Positions 47,957-57,088 of a stretch of 64,000 nt of DNA are shown here, one piece after another. The notes below the pieces were generated by a model that had not been told where the DNA came from, did no database searches, and saw nothing but the letters and a program-made list of their open reading frames with translations. The DNA comes from Candidatus Kerfeldbacteria bacterium (lineage in GTDB: Bacteria; Patescibacteriota; Patescibacteriia; UBA9570; XYC2-FULL-38-9). The position numbers were made by a program, and so were the translations under genes. The stretch is from contig JACPGJ010000007.1 in NCBI GenBank assembly GCA_016182555.1, positions 64,053-128,052 of the forward strand, read 5' to 3'. Position 1 is the stretch's first letter. Each line of letters starts with the position of its first letter.

Positions 47957-49420
47957 TTATTTCAGGAACAAAAATTGCTTCAATGGAACAGACAGAATGT
48001 TTTTCTCTTGAAATAGCTGCATGGGCTGTTCACTAATTAGGAGCCCATACCGTGCATCAATTTTTTTCATTGTCTCCTCAACTTGATTTATCCCCTTTTT
48101 CCCAAAACCGACCTCAATAACGATCTTCTTTTTTCCAGACTGCACAATAAAATCTGCCCCACCTTTTGCGCTATCATAATAAACTTGCTCCTTGAAGATT
48201 TTATGCAACGTTAACCCAACAATATCTTCCAAATATTTTCCTTTGTACTGCTCAAAAGCACGCGCTCCATCGACAGTCGATAGCAGTGTATACCGTATGG
48301 CTGGACTCATGAACGTAAATTTCGATGGCTTGCGCATTTTCTTAGTTGCTGAACCATAGGGATAAATACGCAACAACATCTCGGCTTGCTCCAACGCTTC
48401 GAACACATCAATAAGCGTATTCATGGCGATATCCGTTAAATTTTTTGCCATACTCGTAAGACTGACTGTATCGCTTGCAGCCAGCATCAAGAGAATATGC
48501 TTTATTTTTTGCAATGTCTCTTGAGATAAGGAGTGCACAGTTGCCAAGTCTTTTTGAATCACGCGATCAATTAACTCATTCATGAGTGAATAACTAAGCT
48601 CAGATTGTACTCCTAACGTAAATGGCATGGAGCCATATTGCAGATATTGTGCAACATCAAATTCTTCAATAGACAACAATCGTTTTTGTGTTGCTTGTTG
48701 CAAATTCTGCAGTGAAGAATGAGCATCTACTACAGTATCGCTATCAAATAGCGCCGTACGCAGTTGCTGTTGTAGATCACCATTAAATTTTGAACCATTG
48801 TGTGCTGAGCTTACAGGAGACAGTGCATCCTCAGTATAGGAGCTTTTCAGTTGAATATATTCAGAAAAATCTAAGGGATAGAGCGTTTTAAATAGAATGC
48901 GGCGTGCTAGGTCTGGGGTCGATTGCAAGGACAAAGCGGAAGATCCTGTACAAAATACAAACACCTGCTTGGATCGATCAAACACAGCTTTCAATACTGC
49001 TTGCCATTTGGGGTCAAAATGCACTTCATCAATAAACAAAACAATGGGTGAATCCAATTTTTCAAAACTCACTCCCAGTATATGCTGATATTCTTCCAGA
49101 ACAGTATACAAATCAGCATTCAGTAAATTGATAATTTGATCGACGGAAATAAATAGGATTCTTTCTTGAAATTGTGGATACAGTTCTGTGTACAGTTGTG
49201 CCAGAATAGTTGTTTTACCCACTCCACGTAAGCCAGGAATAGCCACCATGCGTACTTGAGTATTTCCATCCAAAAATGATCCAACTAACTCTCTCAGTTC
49301 ATGATATGCCTGGCGCTTTATAAATTGCTTACCCTGCTTATCTTCTGTATACCGACGAAGCAATACAGGCGCACGATTGAGCTGATTTTGGAGATATTGC
49401 TGCACAGTTTGAGTAACCAT
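47957..49420 (-). CDS. AAA_14 ATPase with a DUF4143-like C-terminus
   Basis: GLRGVGKTT, FIDEVH, CTGSS, ADF..IEVG. Confidence 0.88.
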   Translation of the reverse strand: MVTQTVQQYLQNQLNRAPVLLRRYTEDKQGKQFIKRQAYHELRELVGSFLDGNTQVRMVAIPGLRGVGKTTILAQLYTELYPQFQERILFISVDQIINLLNADLYTVLEEYQHILGVSFEKLDSPIVLFIDEVHFDPKWQAVLKAVFDRSKQVFVFCTGSSALSLQSTPDLARRILFKTLYPLDFSEYIQLKSSYTEDALSPVSSAHNGSKFNGDLQQQLRTALFDSDTVVDAHSSLQNLQQATQKRLLSIEEFDVAQYLQYGSMPFTLGVQSELSYSLMNELIDRVIQKDLATVHSLSQETLQKIKHILLMLAASDTVSLTSMAKNLTDIAMNTLIDVFEALEQAEMLLRIYPYGSATKKMRKPSKFTFMSPAIRYTLLSTVDGARAFEQYKGKYLEDIVGLTLHKIFKEQVYYDSAKGGADFIVQSGKKKIVIEVGFGKKGINQVEETMKKIDARYGLLISEQPMQLFQEKNILSVPLKQFLFLK

Positions 49421-49587
49421 TTTATATCATTTTAATAATACATAAATCTATATCCTTATATTAACATATTGATATAAAAAGTCAATACTGTTAGGGAAAG
49501 CTGAAAACTCTTAATTTTCAATCATCAATATTTTTTTCGATCGTTTCCCGTATTTTTATTAAAAATTAGCGAATTTTGAAGGTATTA

Positions 49588-49615
49588 TTGCCTTTTTGCT
49601 ATTATCATGTATACT
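49588..49615 (+). promoter_or_regulatory. Sigma70-like promoter for the candidate sRNA
   Basis: TTGCCT-16 nt-TATACT with no + strand ORF in the track directly downstream. Confidence 0.55.
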
Positions 49616-49626
49616 ATATTTATAAA

Positions 49627-49700
49627 TGAGTCCTCTGTATGCGAAAGTCGGCTTCATGCCGTGCACCCGTAAGGGTCTAGCTACAGAGGGCTTATTTTAT
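49627..49700 (+). ncRNA. Candidate structured small RNA convergent on the DUF3800 3' end
   Basis: 13-bp closing stem fully paired with G-U wobbles only on the + strand; inner CGGC-UUCAU-GCCG and ACCC-GUAA-GGGU hairpins; U-rich tail. Confidence 0.65.
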
Positions 49701-50457
49701 TTAGTGAAAATGGATTACGTCGATTATAGAAATTATTTGGATAGGAATCAAAATCATACACATCGCACAAAAAACTGACTTTTTCTTCCACGAATTTGTA
49801 ATAACGATCTTCACCTTTGTGAAAGGCACGTTGCACTGCCCAATTCATGTAATCGGTAATTTGTAAACATGGCTCACCTGACGGTGTTTGGGGAAACACC
49901 ACAATTTCTGAGTTATTCTGTATTCCCCACTTTTCTTCAAATACATTGATCGCCGTTTGCAGTGCATCTTCAATGGGTTCTTGCCGCTGCTTATTTCCTC
50001 GTACAGCGAAATAAATGACATTCTGTTCAGCCGTATGGAGTTTTCGCTCAAACAATTTAATAATCAAATCATCGTAAAAAATGTGTTCCTTTCCATTGTG
50101 CTTATTCAGAAATACCTGCTCAATTTTTCTTGCAACTATAAACTCAGCCTTAAAATCCAATTCTCGTATGAGTTTGAACATTTTCTCTCTAACTTCAGGA
50201 CAATCATCTTTAGCATGAAATGCTAACGCTGTTTTCTTTATTGATGGAATGCTTTTTAAATATTCATCTTTTATGATTTCATCATGTAATTGTAAAACGG
50301 CTTTTCGTAATTGTTCTGGATTTTCCGTTCGAATAAATCCCATAAGCAATATCTTTGAACACCCTTCATTACCAACAATATATTCACCTTTAGCATTATA
50401 AAACGTCGAATCACCGGCTTCATCAACAAAAAAATATTGTTTTGATTGTTTTTGCAT
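49681..50457 (-). CDS. DUF3800-family protein
   Basis: N-terminal FVDEAGD, FHAKDD, C-terminal LQITDYMNWA. Confidence 0.85.
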   Translation of the reverse strand: MQKQSKQYFFVDEAGDSTFYNAKGEYIVGNEGCSKILLMGFIRTENPEQLRKAVLQLHDEIIKDEYLKSIPSIKKTALAFHAKDDCPEVREKMFKLIRELDFKAEFIVARKIEQVFLNKHNGKEHIFYDDLIIKLFERKLHTAEQNVIYFAVRGNKQRQEPIEDALQTAINVFEEKWGIQNNSEIVVFPQTPSGEPCLQITDYMNWAVQRAFHKGEDRYYKFVEEKVSFLCDVYDFDSYPNNFYNRRNPFSLNKISPL

Positions 50458-50553
50458 AACCAGTACTATATCATGAATGGCATAGAATAGAAAAATTCAG
50501 AAATCGTAAAATCCGTGTATTATAAAAACCCCAAAATTGGGGCTTTTAAGATG

Positions 50554-50583
50554 TGCTCCCCGCATTACGTGTTTTCCGAACTC
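50554..50583 (+). repeat. att-like junction 3 (predicted attL of the integrase-bearing element)
   Basis: Hairpin CCCCAA-AA-TTGGGG, then TGCTC-N16-TCCGAAC; reads as a 33-codon integrase-like tail. Confidence 0.7.
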
Positions 50584-50666
50584 GTTAATATCTATGAAGC
50601 TGTAAAAATAAGCTCAAATAAGTTGGCTGCACTACAGTTGCAGTATAATAGTTAATATAAAAGAAG

Positions 50667-50712
50667 AAGACCCACGAGAAGTAGTGCTCAAAGGCCTTCT
50701 TCGTGGGTCTTT
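50667..50712. terminator. Hairpin after the attL tail and after the 50755 gene
   Basis: AAGACCCACGAGAAG...CTTCTTCGTGGGTCTT. Confidence 0.65.
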
Positions 50713-50754
50713 TGGTCCGTCACGGATATGATTCATGTCTCGTCCTCCTTTCAC

Positions 50755-51237
50755 TCACCGCCGAGCGGGCAACGGGCGCGGACTCCTGGCAACCAGGCTG
50801 GGACCATCGGGGAGATTCTCCCACGCCCTGAGCAACCCTTCGTGGTCGAGAAGGACCACACAGGCGACGCCATCATTGCGCAGCTGTGTCGCTGCCCAGT
50901 CTACGGCCTCGTCGAGAGTCTGAACATCTTTTCCCAGAACCCCCGCGACCAGAGTCTTGGCCTCAGGATATTCGTAAGGCAGCTCCCATTCACCACCATA
51001 GTTCGGATGGCGTGCCACATAGTGCATACCACTATTGGGGGCACGATGCCAAACCGCCAGAACGGTTGTATTGCTGATGGCGTAGGCTCTCCTGATCGCC
51101 GTTGGGTCTTCGAACATGTCTTTGACCCACATCTCGGCCTGATACGCATACTGCACATCGCCATGTGCCCCAGCGCGACCAGACAGAGTGCCCTGCTCAA
51201 CATTGACGATATCATCATCATGGAATTCAACGATCAT
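50755..51237 (-). CDS. Hypothetical protein, GC-rich
   Basis: AAGGAG RBS before MIVEF; follows the 51279 gene on the same strand. Confidence 0.55.
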   Translation of the reverse strand: MIVEFHDDDIVNVEQGTLSGRAGAHGDVQYAYQAEMWVKDMFEDPTAIRRAYAISNTTVLAVWHRAPNSGMHYVARHPNYGGEWELPYEYPEAKTLVAGVLGKDVQTLDEAVDWAATQLRNDGVACVVLLDHEGLLRAWENLPDGPSLVARSPRPLPARR

Positions 51238-51278
51238 TTCGTTTCTCCTTCCGATTGTTGGTGAGTTGTTCAAAAGCT

Positions 51279-51857
51279 TTAGGCTCTCGCCAAAATCAGG
51301 CGAGGCTTCACATACAAGATGAACATCATCGTTGTCTCGATGGTCGAGAACGTAATTGGTTGGGCAGCGTCGGCCACCGTCCAGGCAGGAATAGCCAAGA
51401 GAGCCAACATGCAGGACACCCAGTAGATCGTCCACGCCGTACGGTTCTCATTCGCAGGCTCTTTCCAGGCCGAGACGAACGTAGGGATAGACCCCAGGAA
51501 AACCACGAACAGGCTGGTCAACATGCCCAGAACGGGATTGTTGAATATCTGCCAGAGAATAATCCCGAAGACTGCTCCACCCATACAGGCCTTATCGAGC
51601 TTGCTCCAACCAGGAATCCCGTACTTCAACGCCAAACCCACAACGATCCATGCACCCAGCACAGCTCCGATAATCTGGCCATTGAGCGTTCCCTTCGTCC
51701 ACATCCCCGCCAGGGTGATAGTATCGAGTGTCGCCCAGATGATCCAAGTTGCCTTGCAGGGTTGAGCCTCACGCCGCCGAATCGCCTGAATGTAAGGCAA
51801 GAAAGCAACGACGAACAGAATACCAGAAGCTACCGACAAAATGCTCTTCAATTCCAT
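51279..51857 (-). CDS. Multi-pass membrane protein (PQ-loop-like)
   Basis: About 7 TM segments; FLPYI..IRRREAQP..TWIIW and IPTF..AWKEP..E..W internal repeats. Confidence 0.7.
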   Translation of the reverse strand: MELKSILSVASGILFVVAFLPYIQAIRRREAQPCKATWIIWATLDTITLAGMWTKGTLNGQIIGAVLGAWIVVGLALKYGIPGWSKLDKACMGGAVFGIILWQIFNNPVLGMLTSLFVVFLGSIPTFVSAWKEPANENRTAWTIYWVSCMLALLAIPAWTVADAAQPITFSTIETTMMFILYVKPRLILARA

Positions 51858-52003
51858 GATCTGTTCCTTCCTACGGTAAGAGGAAAACCAAAACACGTGA
51901 AATAGCCAGCTTAATAGATACGTTTGTTACCTATCCAATAAGCCAGCTTCCACGTGTATAATCATATCAAAGGACTTGTCTTTTCTGTGCAAAAAGACTC
52001 AAC

Positions 52004-52033
52004 AATATACCACTAAAATGGTGTTTTTGTCAA
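52004..52033 (-). promoter_or_regulatory. Sigma70-like promoter for the 51857 operon
   Basis: Minus strand TTGACA-18 nt-TATATT with an extended TG. Confidence 0.55.
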
Positions 52034-52170
52034 GGCAGGGCCTCAAATTCTAATCTGAAGTGAAATGAATTTGTGCACATAAGAAAATAACCATCATAAG
52101 AATTATTTTTACTGAAAATACCCTATTAGTTTTGGTAAGTATACCCATAGGGTTATTTAGTGAGACTTCC

Positions 52171-53943
52171 TTATTTATCATCTTTGTCGGGAAGATGAAT
52201 CTCATTTTTTCTAATGGTGGTTTTAGCTTGAGAAACACCTATATATTTTTCTAATGCCTTGGCTGCATATTCTTGCATTTCTTTGTTGTTGGTATCCTCT
52301 TGCTTTGACCACTCTTCAATTGACTGGGTCTGTTGTTTTAGTTCAAGGTACAATTTGGCTGAATGGTACTCACTCAAATCAAGATGTTCTTTCATCTGCA
52401 AGAACATATCAATAATGCCTTTTGTATACTTGTTCGCGGATGTCACACGTGTCAAGCCACGGCCTAGTGCACCAAATTCATTTAGTATGTGCTCATCCAT
52501 ATAGCCAGCTTTTAGTACATCCAACCCCCACTGAGAAGTATATCGAAATATAGCATCTGAACGAATTTTTTATTTCTTCAAAAAGCTTTCAATCGAGAAT
52601 GGATGAAAAATACTAGGCAGCTTTAATTTGGACCACATACCATGTAAAAGAGTTTTACGAGAAACTTCAGTCGCATGGAAATACAACCAGCTACCCATGT
52701 AATGTTTCATGCTTGGAGCCATTTTGCTAGTTACAACTGCCCGAAGAATTGTATCGAATATACCAATGTGTTCGTTTACTATTCTATGATTATTCACATT
52801 GATTGCGTCTTCAAGCATAGCTGTCACTTTCCGTAACAAATCATCAGAAAAATAACGCCAATGGTAGCTATCCTGTCGCTGTTTGTCAGTTTGCGCTTCC
52901 ATGTCATCCAAAGTTCCTCCATCCATTTTATGAATACTAGCGGCTTCGGGTAAATTTTTCTCCAGGTGCTTAGACCACGACACCCAGATTACAGTTAATG
53001 CTTCATCAGCGATATTATTTACTCCAGCGTTGATAGCATCAAAAGCAATCTGTTCTAATAACTCATCCATTTTTTCGAAAGCAGTATAATAAACTTTTTC
53101 TTCTGAACAATAGCGGTGGACTATAGCAATAAAATTCAATATCTCCATGATGACAAAATCATATCCGCTAGTTCTAGCAAGAATGTATATATCCTTAATT
53201 AACTCAATCCATTGGTCGAGTAATTTCTGGATAGCATCTGCATCAGCTTTTTGTTTTTTAATCAAATGTTGCATTCTCTGTGAGAGATGCGAAAAAAAGT
53301 ATTTTATGCCCATCACGTCCGCATCTTTTACCATTTCAATCAATCCTTGACTCCAGTTGATATACTCGTGTGTGATAATGGTTAGAGACCTACGTTCTTC
53401 TGGATCAAAATCGCTGCCCATCAATGGAACAGGTGTTGCAATACGCTCTTCTATGTAAGCCCATTTCCCCTCATCAATGGTTCGAAAAGTCAGCTGTAGA
53501 ATCCTAAAAAGCTCAAACAATGCGTAGATAAAAAAAAGAAAGCTAAACAACCCCAATGGAAGCAAAAAACCATTAACCTCAGGAAATTTTTTCACAATAA
53601 CATATACGAAGGCTATATCCAAAAAGGCAATAAAATTAACCAATACCCCGCGAAATATCCTCCCTTGTGGATGAAGCATCTTTTTAATCATCATTCCTGC
53701 GAGAGAATTTCTGTTAATACTCAAGAAAATAAGGTATAGGGAAATGGCAATCGCAAATATAGTTGCGTGCACCTGAAATACAACTGCCAGAATATCTGCA
53801 CCAATAAAAAAATCAGGCCGCCATTCGGTTATAATTCTTGCGATTAAGAAGATAACTCCTAAAATAACTAGAATGTCTTGATATGTATGCCAATATCGCT
53901 TTATTTTTGGTAATAGATTATATCGGTTATCTTTATTGATCAT
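52171..53943 (-). pseudogene. Membrane protein (4 N-terminal TM segments plus helical domain) split by one in-frame TAA
   Basis: ORFs 52570..53943 and 52171..52524 share a frame: ...FLKK*KIRSDAIFRYTSQWGLDVLK... Confidence 0.65.
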
Positions 53944-54017
53944 TTATTAAGATTACGTTATATAGCATGTAAAAGCAAAAAGCCGCCCTTGGGACGGCCT
54001 GCATATCAGCCTCAAAT

Positions 54018-54587
54018 CTACTGTAGTTCCTGCAATTCAACAGTGCAGCTACCATTGGCTGTTGTTAGGTCAAAATAGTAATCGCCAGCACTCTTTCTGA
54101 GCACAGTTTCATCTTTCTTAGTGCCATCAACCATTACCTCTGGGAAGCCACCGTTTTCATCTAATGTAGTACCGTCTTTCATTATATACACGGAGCAAAC
54201 ACTATACTCCCCTCCAGTTGTTTCGTAGAGTAGTTTTTGTTGCCCGCCTTGCAGACTAAACGTTTCGCTCTGCTTTGCTTCTGTTGCTGTCAATTTAGCA
54301 ACGCTAGTCCATTCCTTAGGTTTTTCTGGCTCAGTAGGTTGCTCTTCCTGCACTACTGGAGAATTGTTGGTCGTAGCAGTGTTTGTGGCTGATTGTGTTG
54401 ATGATGAGCTACTATCATTGCTACCAGCAGAGGCAATGATACCAAGCAAGAATAATCCCAGTATTCCTGTAATTACTTTATGTCGTATAAACCAGTTACG
54501 TAGGTCTGCTTGGCAATGTTTGCAGCGCTTGGCTGCGGGTTCTATTGCTTCCTTACATTTTGGGCATGTGCCACTTTGATTCGCCAT
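54018..54587 (-). CDS. Zinc-ribbon plus TM surface protein
   Basis: CPKC...CKHC, a TM segment, a Ser/Thr linker and a C-terminal beta domain. Confidence 0.75.
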   Translation of the reverse strand: MANQSGTCPKCKEAIEPAAKRCKHCQADLRNWFIRHKVITGILGLFLLGIIASAGSNDSSSSSTQSATNTATTNNSPVVQEEQPTEPEKPKEWTSVAKLTATEAKQSETFSLQGGQQKLLYETTGGEYSVCSVYIMKDGTTLDENGGFPEVMVDGTKKDETVLRKSAGDYYFDLTTANGSCTVELQELQ

Positions 54588-54619
54588 ATTTTCGTTTGAA
54601 TTATTAGGCTTGTTAAATA

Positions 54620-54780
54620 TGGCTCAGGAAACACAAAAGGCCTCCTGAACCAGCTGGCGTTACCCTTTCGGGCTTCACCCTATGTCCTTTCGAACACAGG
54701 CCTCTACAGCAAAACTGGTCAGAAGACCGTCTCTGGGCTGTAGAGGACTTTTCACCATGCTCAAGGGGTCAACCTTGAGT
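54620..54780 (-). ncRNA. Candidate structured 5' leader RNA
   Basis: Several stems, two GAAA tetraloops, and G-U pairs that work on the minus strand. Confidence 0.5.
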
Positions 54781-54893
54781 TTAGGCTACTTAAATTGTAT
54801 TTATATGTAACACCAAAACCGCAATTTTTGCAACTCAAGCCTCATGATTACTTGCCAATATTAGAAAAGCATACTTTACTAGTAGATGCATAT

Positions 54894-56072
54894 ATGAAGA
54901 TAAATGAATATATAAATTTATTACAAAGTCGTTTTGAAGACTTTATTGAAGTAACTGATGAGCATCCATTTTTTCTTGGTTTATTTAATTATGTAGATTT
55001 CTTAGAATCAAATCCAGAGTTAGAAAAAATACTAAGTGGCTTAGTTGAAGAACAAAAAAAAGCAAAAGAACCTTTGCTAGCAGCAGAGAAAATAGCTGTT
55101 GCTGATCTCATTCGTATACTGAACGATCTAAAAAAATTTATTAAAAAAAATAAGCTTGATTATTCAAGTGTTAAAAACGAATTTGAAACTTTTGAAGGAT
55201 TCCTTAATGGAAGTGTACAAGGTGGAGGACCATCATTAGTATTTAAGCTAAAAGGGCGCATTAGCAATATTATTGATCGTCTCTATAATGACATTAGTAA
55301 CAAAAAATTAATTTCTTCCTTTAAAAAAGATAAGTATAGTTCAGCAGCACTGCCCTCAAGTGTAGATATCTACTTTGAACAAGAAAAACTGTATCAAAGT
55401 CTATGTGCTGTAAATATATGGCCAGATTATGAGGACATAAATGAAATATATTGGATGATGAAAGATGGTGTAAATCAGTACACTAAATTATATAAGGAGG
55501 CTTGGCAAGATGGTAAGCTTGATTTCGCTAAAAGATGTATAGCTGACTATATTAAAAGTATGTGCGGTGAGTGGGAGAATATTCAACAAGGCAAAATACT
55601 CGAATCTCCTGTCCTATTTAATAAGAAAAAGATTTATTTAGCTGTTAAACGGTTGCATCGTTACATTTTAACTGAGTTGCATAAGGAAAAAAATGTAGGC
55701 AAAACTCCAACCAGTAACCATCTTAAAACAAAAATCACTTTAACTTGGATTACATTAAAGAAAAATAACAGCAATATAAAATTAGTGGTTAATAATTTAT
55801 ATGACCATCCTCTTGACTTAGATACTATTCATACAAACTGGGTAGGATATCTATATACAATATGTGAAAATTCATCAATTGAATATCATAAAAGCACTCA
55901 AGATTATATTAACTCAGCCGCTTGTCCTATATTCAAGAAATTAAAATTATCTAAAATAAAACTATTAACCAAATCGTACAATAATTCAAAATTAACCCCT
56001 GACGTTAAATCAGAAATTATATCAGAACGATCCTACAAAGTAAGATTGAACAAGAAAAAAAGTAGTTCTTGA
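54894..56072 (+). CDS. AT-rich hypothetical protein
   Basis: Long ORF starting at MKINEY; followed by a terminator-like hairpin. Confidence 0.65.
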   Translation: MKINEYINLLQSRFEDFIEVTDEHPFFLGLFNYVDFLESNPELEKILSGLVEEQKKAKEPLLAAEKIAVADLIRILNDLKKFIKKNKLDYSSVKNEFETFEGFLNGSVQGGGPSLVFKLKGRISNIIDRLYNDISNKKLISSFKKDKYSSAALPSSVDIYFEQEKLYQSLCAVNIWPDYEDINEIYWMMKDGVNQYTKLYKEAWQDGKLDFAKRCIADYIKSMCGEWENIQQGKILESPVLFNKKKIYLAVKRLHRYILTELHKEKNVGKTPTSNHLKTKITLTWITLKKNNSNIKLVVNNLYDHPLDLDTIHTNWVGYLYTICENSSIEYHKSTQDYINSAACPIFKKLKLSKIKLLTKSYNNSKLTPDVKSEIISERSYKVRLNKKKSSS

Positions 56073-56098
56073 AAAATCTTGAAAAGTGGAAAAGATTC

Positions 56099-56127
56099 AA
56101 AATCCCCTTAAATAAAGGGGATTTTTT
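56099..56127 (+). terminator. Intrinsic terminator
   Basis: AAAATCCCCTT...AAGGGGATTTTTT. Confidence 0.75.
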
Positions 56128-56216
56128 GTATCTATAAATCATAAATACTGAATTTCTAAAGAAGTGTAAAAAGACTACTCTATTAACTATTAGAAAAAAT
56201 AATTAATAGAAATGAC

Positions 56217-56495
56217 ATGAATAACAAAACATACAATGAATCAATCTATGAAGATGCAGACAAGTATTGGGTATCTTCGGACATGTTTATTGCAGCTACC
56301 CTTATAGCATTACACCACAAACTCATCTCCATTGAATGGCAAGACCATCGCAAAGCGACATTCATTTTTAAGCACTCTAAAAGTTTAACTAGCACAGTTG
56401 AACAGTATTTTTCCGATAAGTTAACACTCAATCCACGAGAATTATTTGATGCACAGCGGTTATTAAAAAGCAGATTATACGTACCTAACCGCTAA
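56217..56495 (+). CDS. DUF5659-like small protein
   Basis: SDMFIAATL...ATFIF...YF...NPRELF...LKSRLY pattern. Confidence 0.65.
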   Translation: MNNKTYNESIYEDADKYWVSSDMFIAATLIALHHKLISIEWQDHRKATFIFKHSKSLTSTVEQYFSDKLTLNPRELFDAQRLLKSRLYVPNR

Positions 56496-56500
56496 CGCAT

Positions 56501-57088
56501 ATGAATGATACTTACGAAGCTGAAAAACAGTGGCGAAAAACGCTTTATCGTCCCAGTACGCAAGAATTATTACAGATATTTCCTGAAGCAAAATCTAGCA
56601 TTGAACATAATCTGAAACTATATCGCAATAGAATGAAAGTGTTAAAAACTGGCCTCACTCTACGAATGAACATTTATAAAAAGTTAACGAAGGATGAATT
56701 CTCCCTCTGGTTTTATAGACAATGGCTTGAAACAACTACTGGAAAAGAGGTCACCACTCTACAAAAACGCATCACCACCTTACAACGCCAGCTGAATGCA
56801 CTAAATGGAGTGATTGATACTCGCGAGATCATTGATGATCTCATTCAACAAGCCAAAGAAGTACCGATTGAGCAGATCGTAGATACTCCACTAAAACAGT
56901 CAGGTCAACGACTAGTTGGCCTCTGTGTACTGCATGAAGAACGTAGAGCATCGTTCGTGATCTATAAGCAAACCAATACCTGCTGGTGCTTTGGCTGCCA
57001 ACAAGGCGGTGACAGCATCAAATTAACTCAATTACTGCATGGTTACTCTTTTCCACAAGCTGTACGCTATTTAACCCATACAACTTAA
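56501..57088 (+). CDS. CHC2 (primase-type) zinc-finger protein
   Basis: CVLHEERRASF...CFGCQQGGDSI...SFPQAV. Confidence 0.85.
   Translation: MNDTYEAEKQWRKTLYRPSTQELLQIFPEAKSSIEHNLKLYRNRMKVLKTGLTLRMNIYKKLTKDEFSLWFYRQWLETTTGKEVTTLQKRITTLQRQLNALNGVIDTREIIDDLIQQAKEVPIEQIVDTPLKQSGQRLVGLCVLHEERRASFVIYKQTNTCWCFGCQQGGDSIKLTQLLHGYSFPQAVRYLTHTT

Larger units (their letters stand above)
43305..50553. mobile_element. Two tandem integrase-less cassettes (43305-47882 and 47883-50553)
   Basis: Bounded by TGCTC-N16-T(T/C)CGAAC junctions; accessory cargo; no recombinase ORF in the track. Confidence 0.65.

Noticed and set aside
49627-49694. DUF3800-adjacent RNA read as tRNA-Sec or an opal suppressor (CUUCAUG loop)
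   Set aside because: No TTC T-loop, D-loop GG or proper acceptor end, and the arm lengths do not fit a tRNA.
52570-52572. Alternative genetic code (stop-codon reassignment)
   Set aside because: The interrupting codon is TAA, and conserved genes here end normally at TAA, TAG and TGA (msrB and sufC end in TGA), consistent with code 11.
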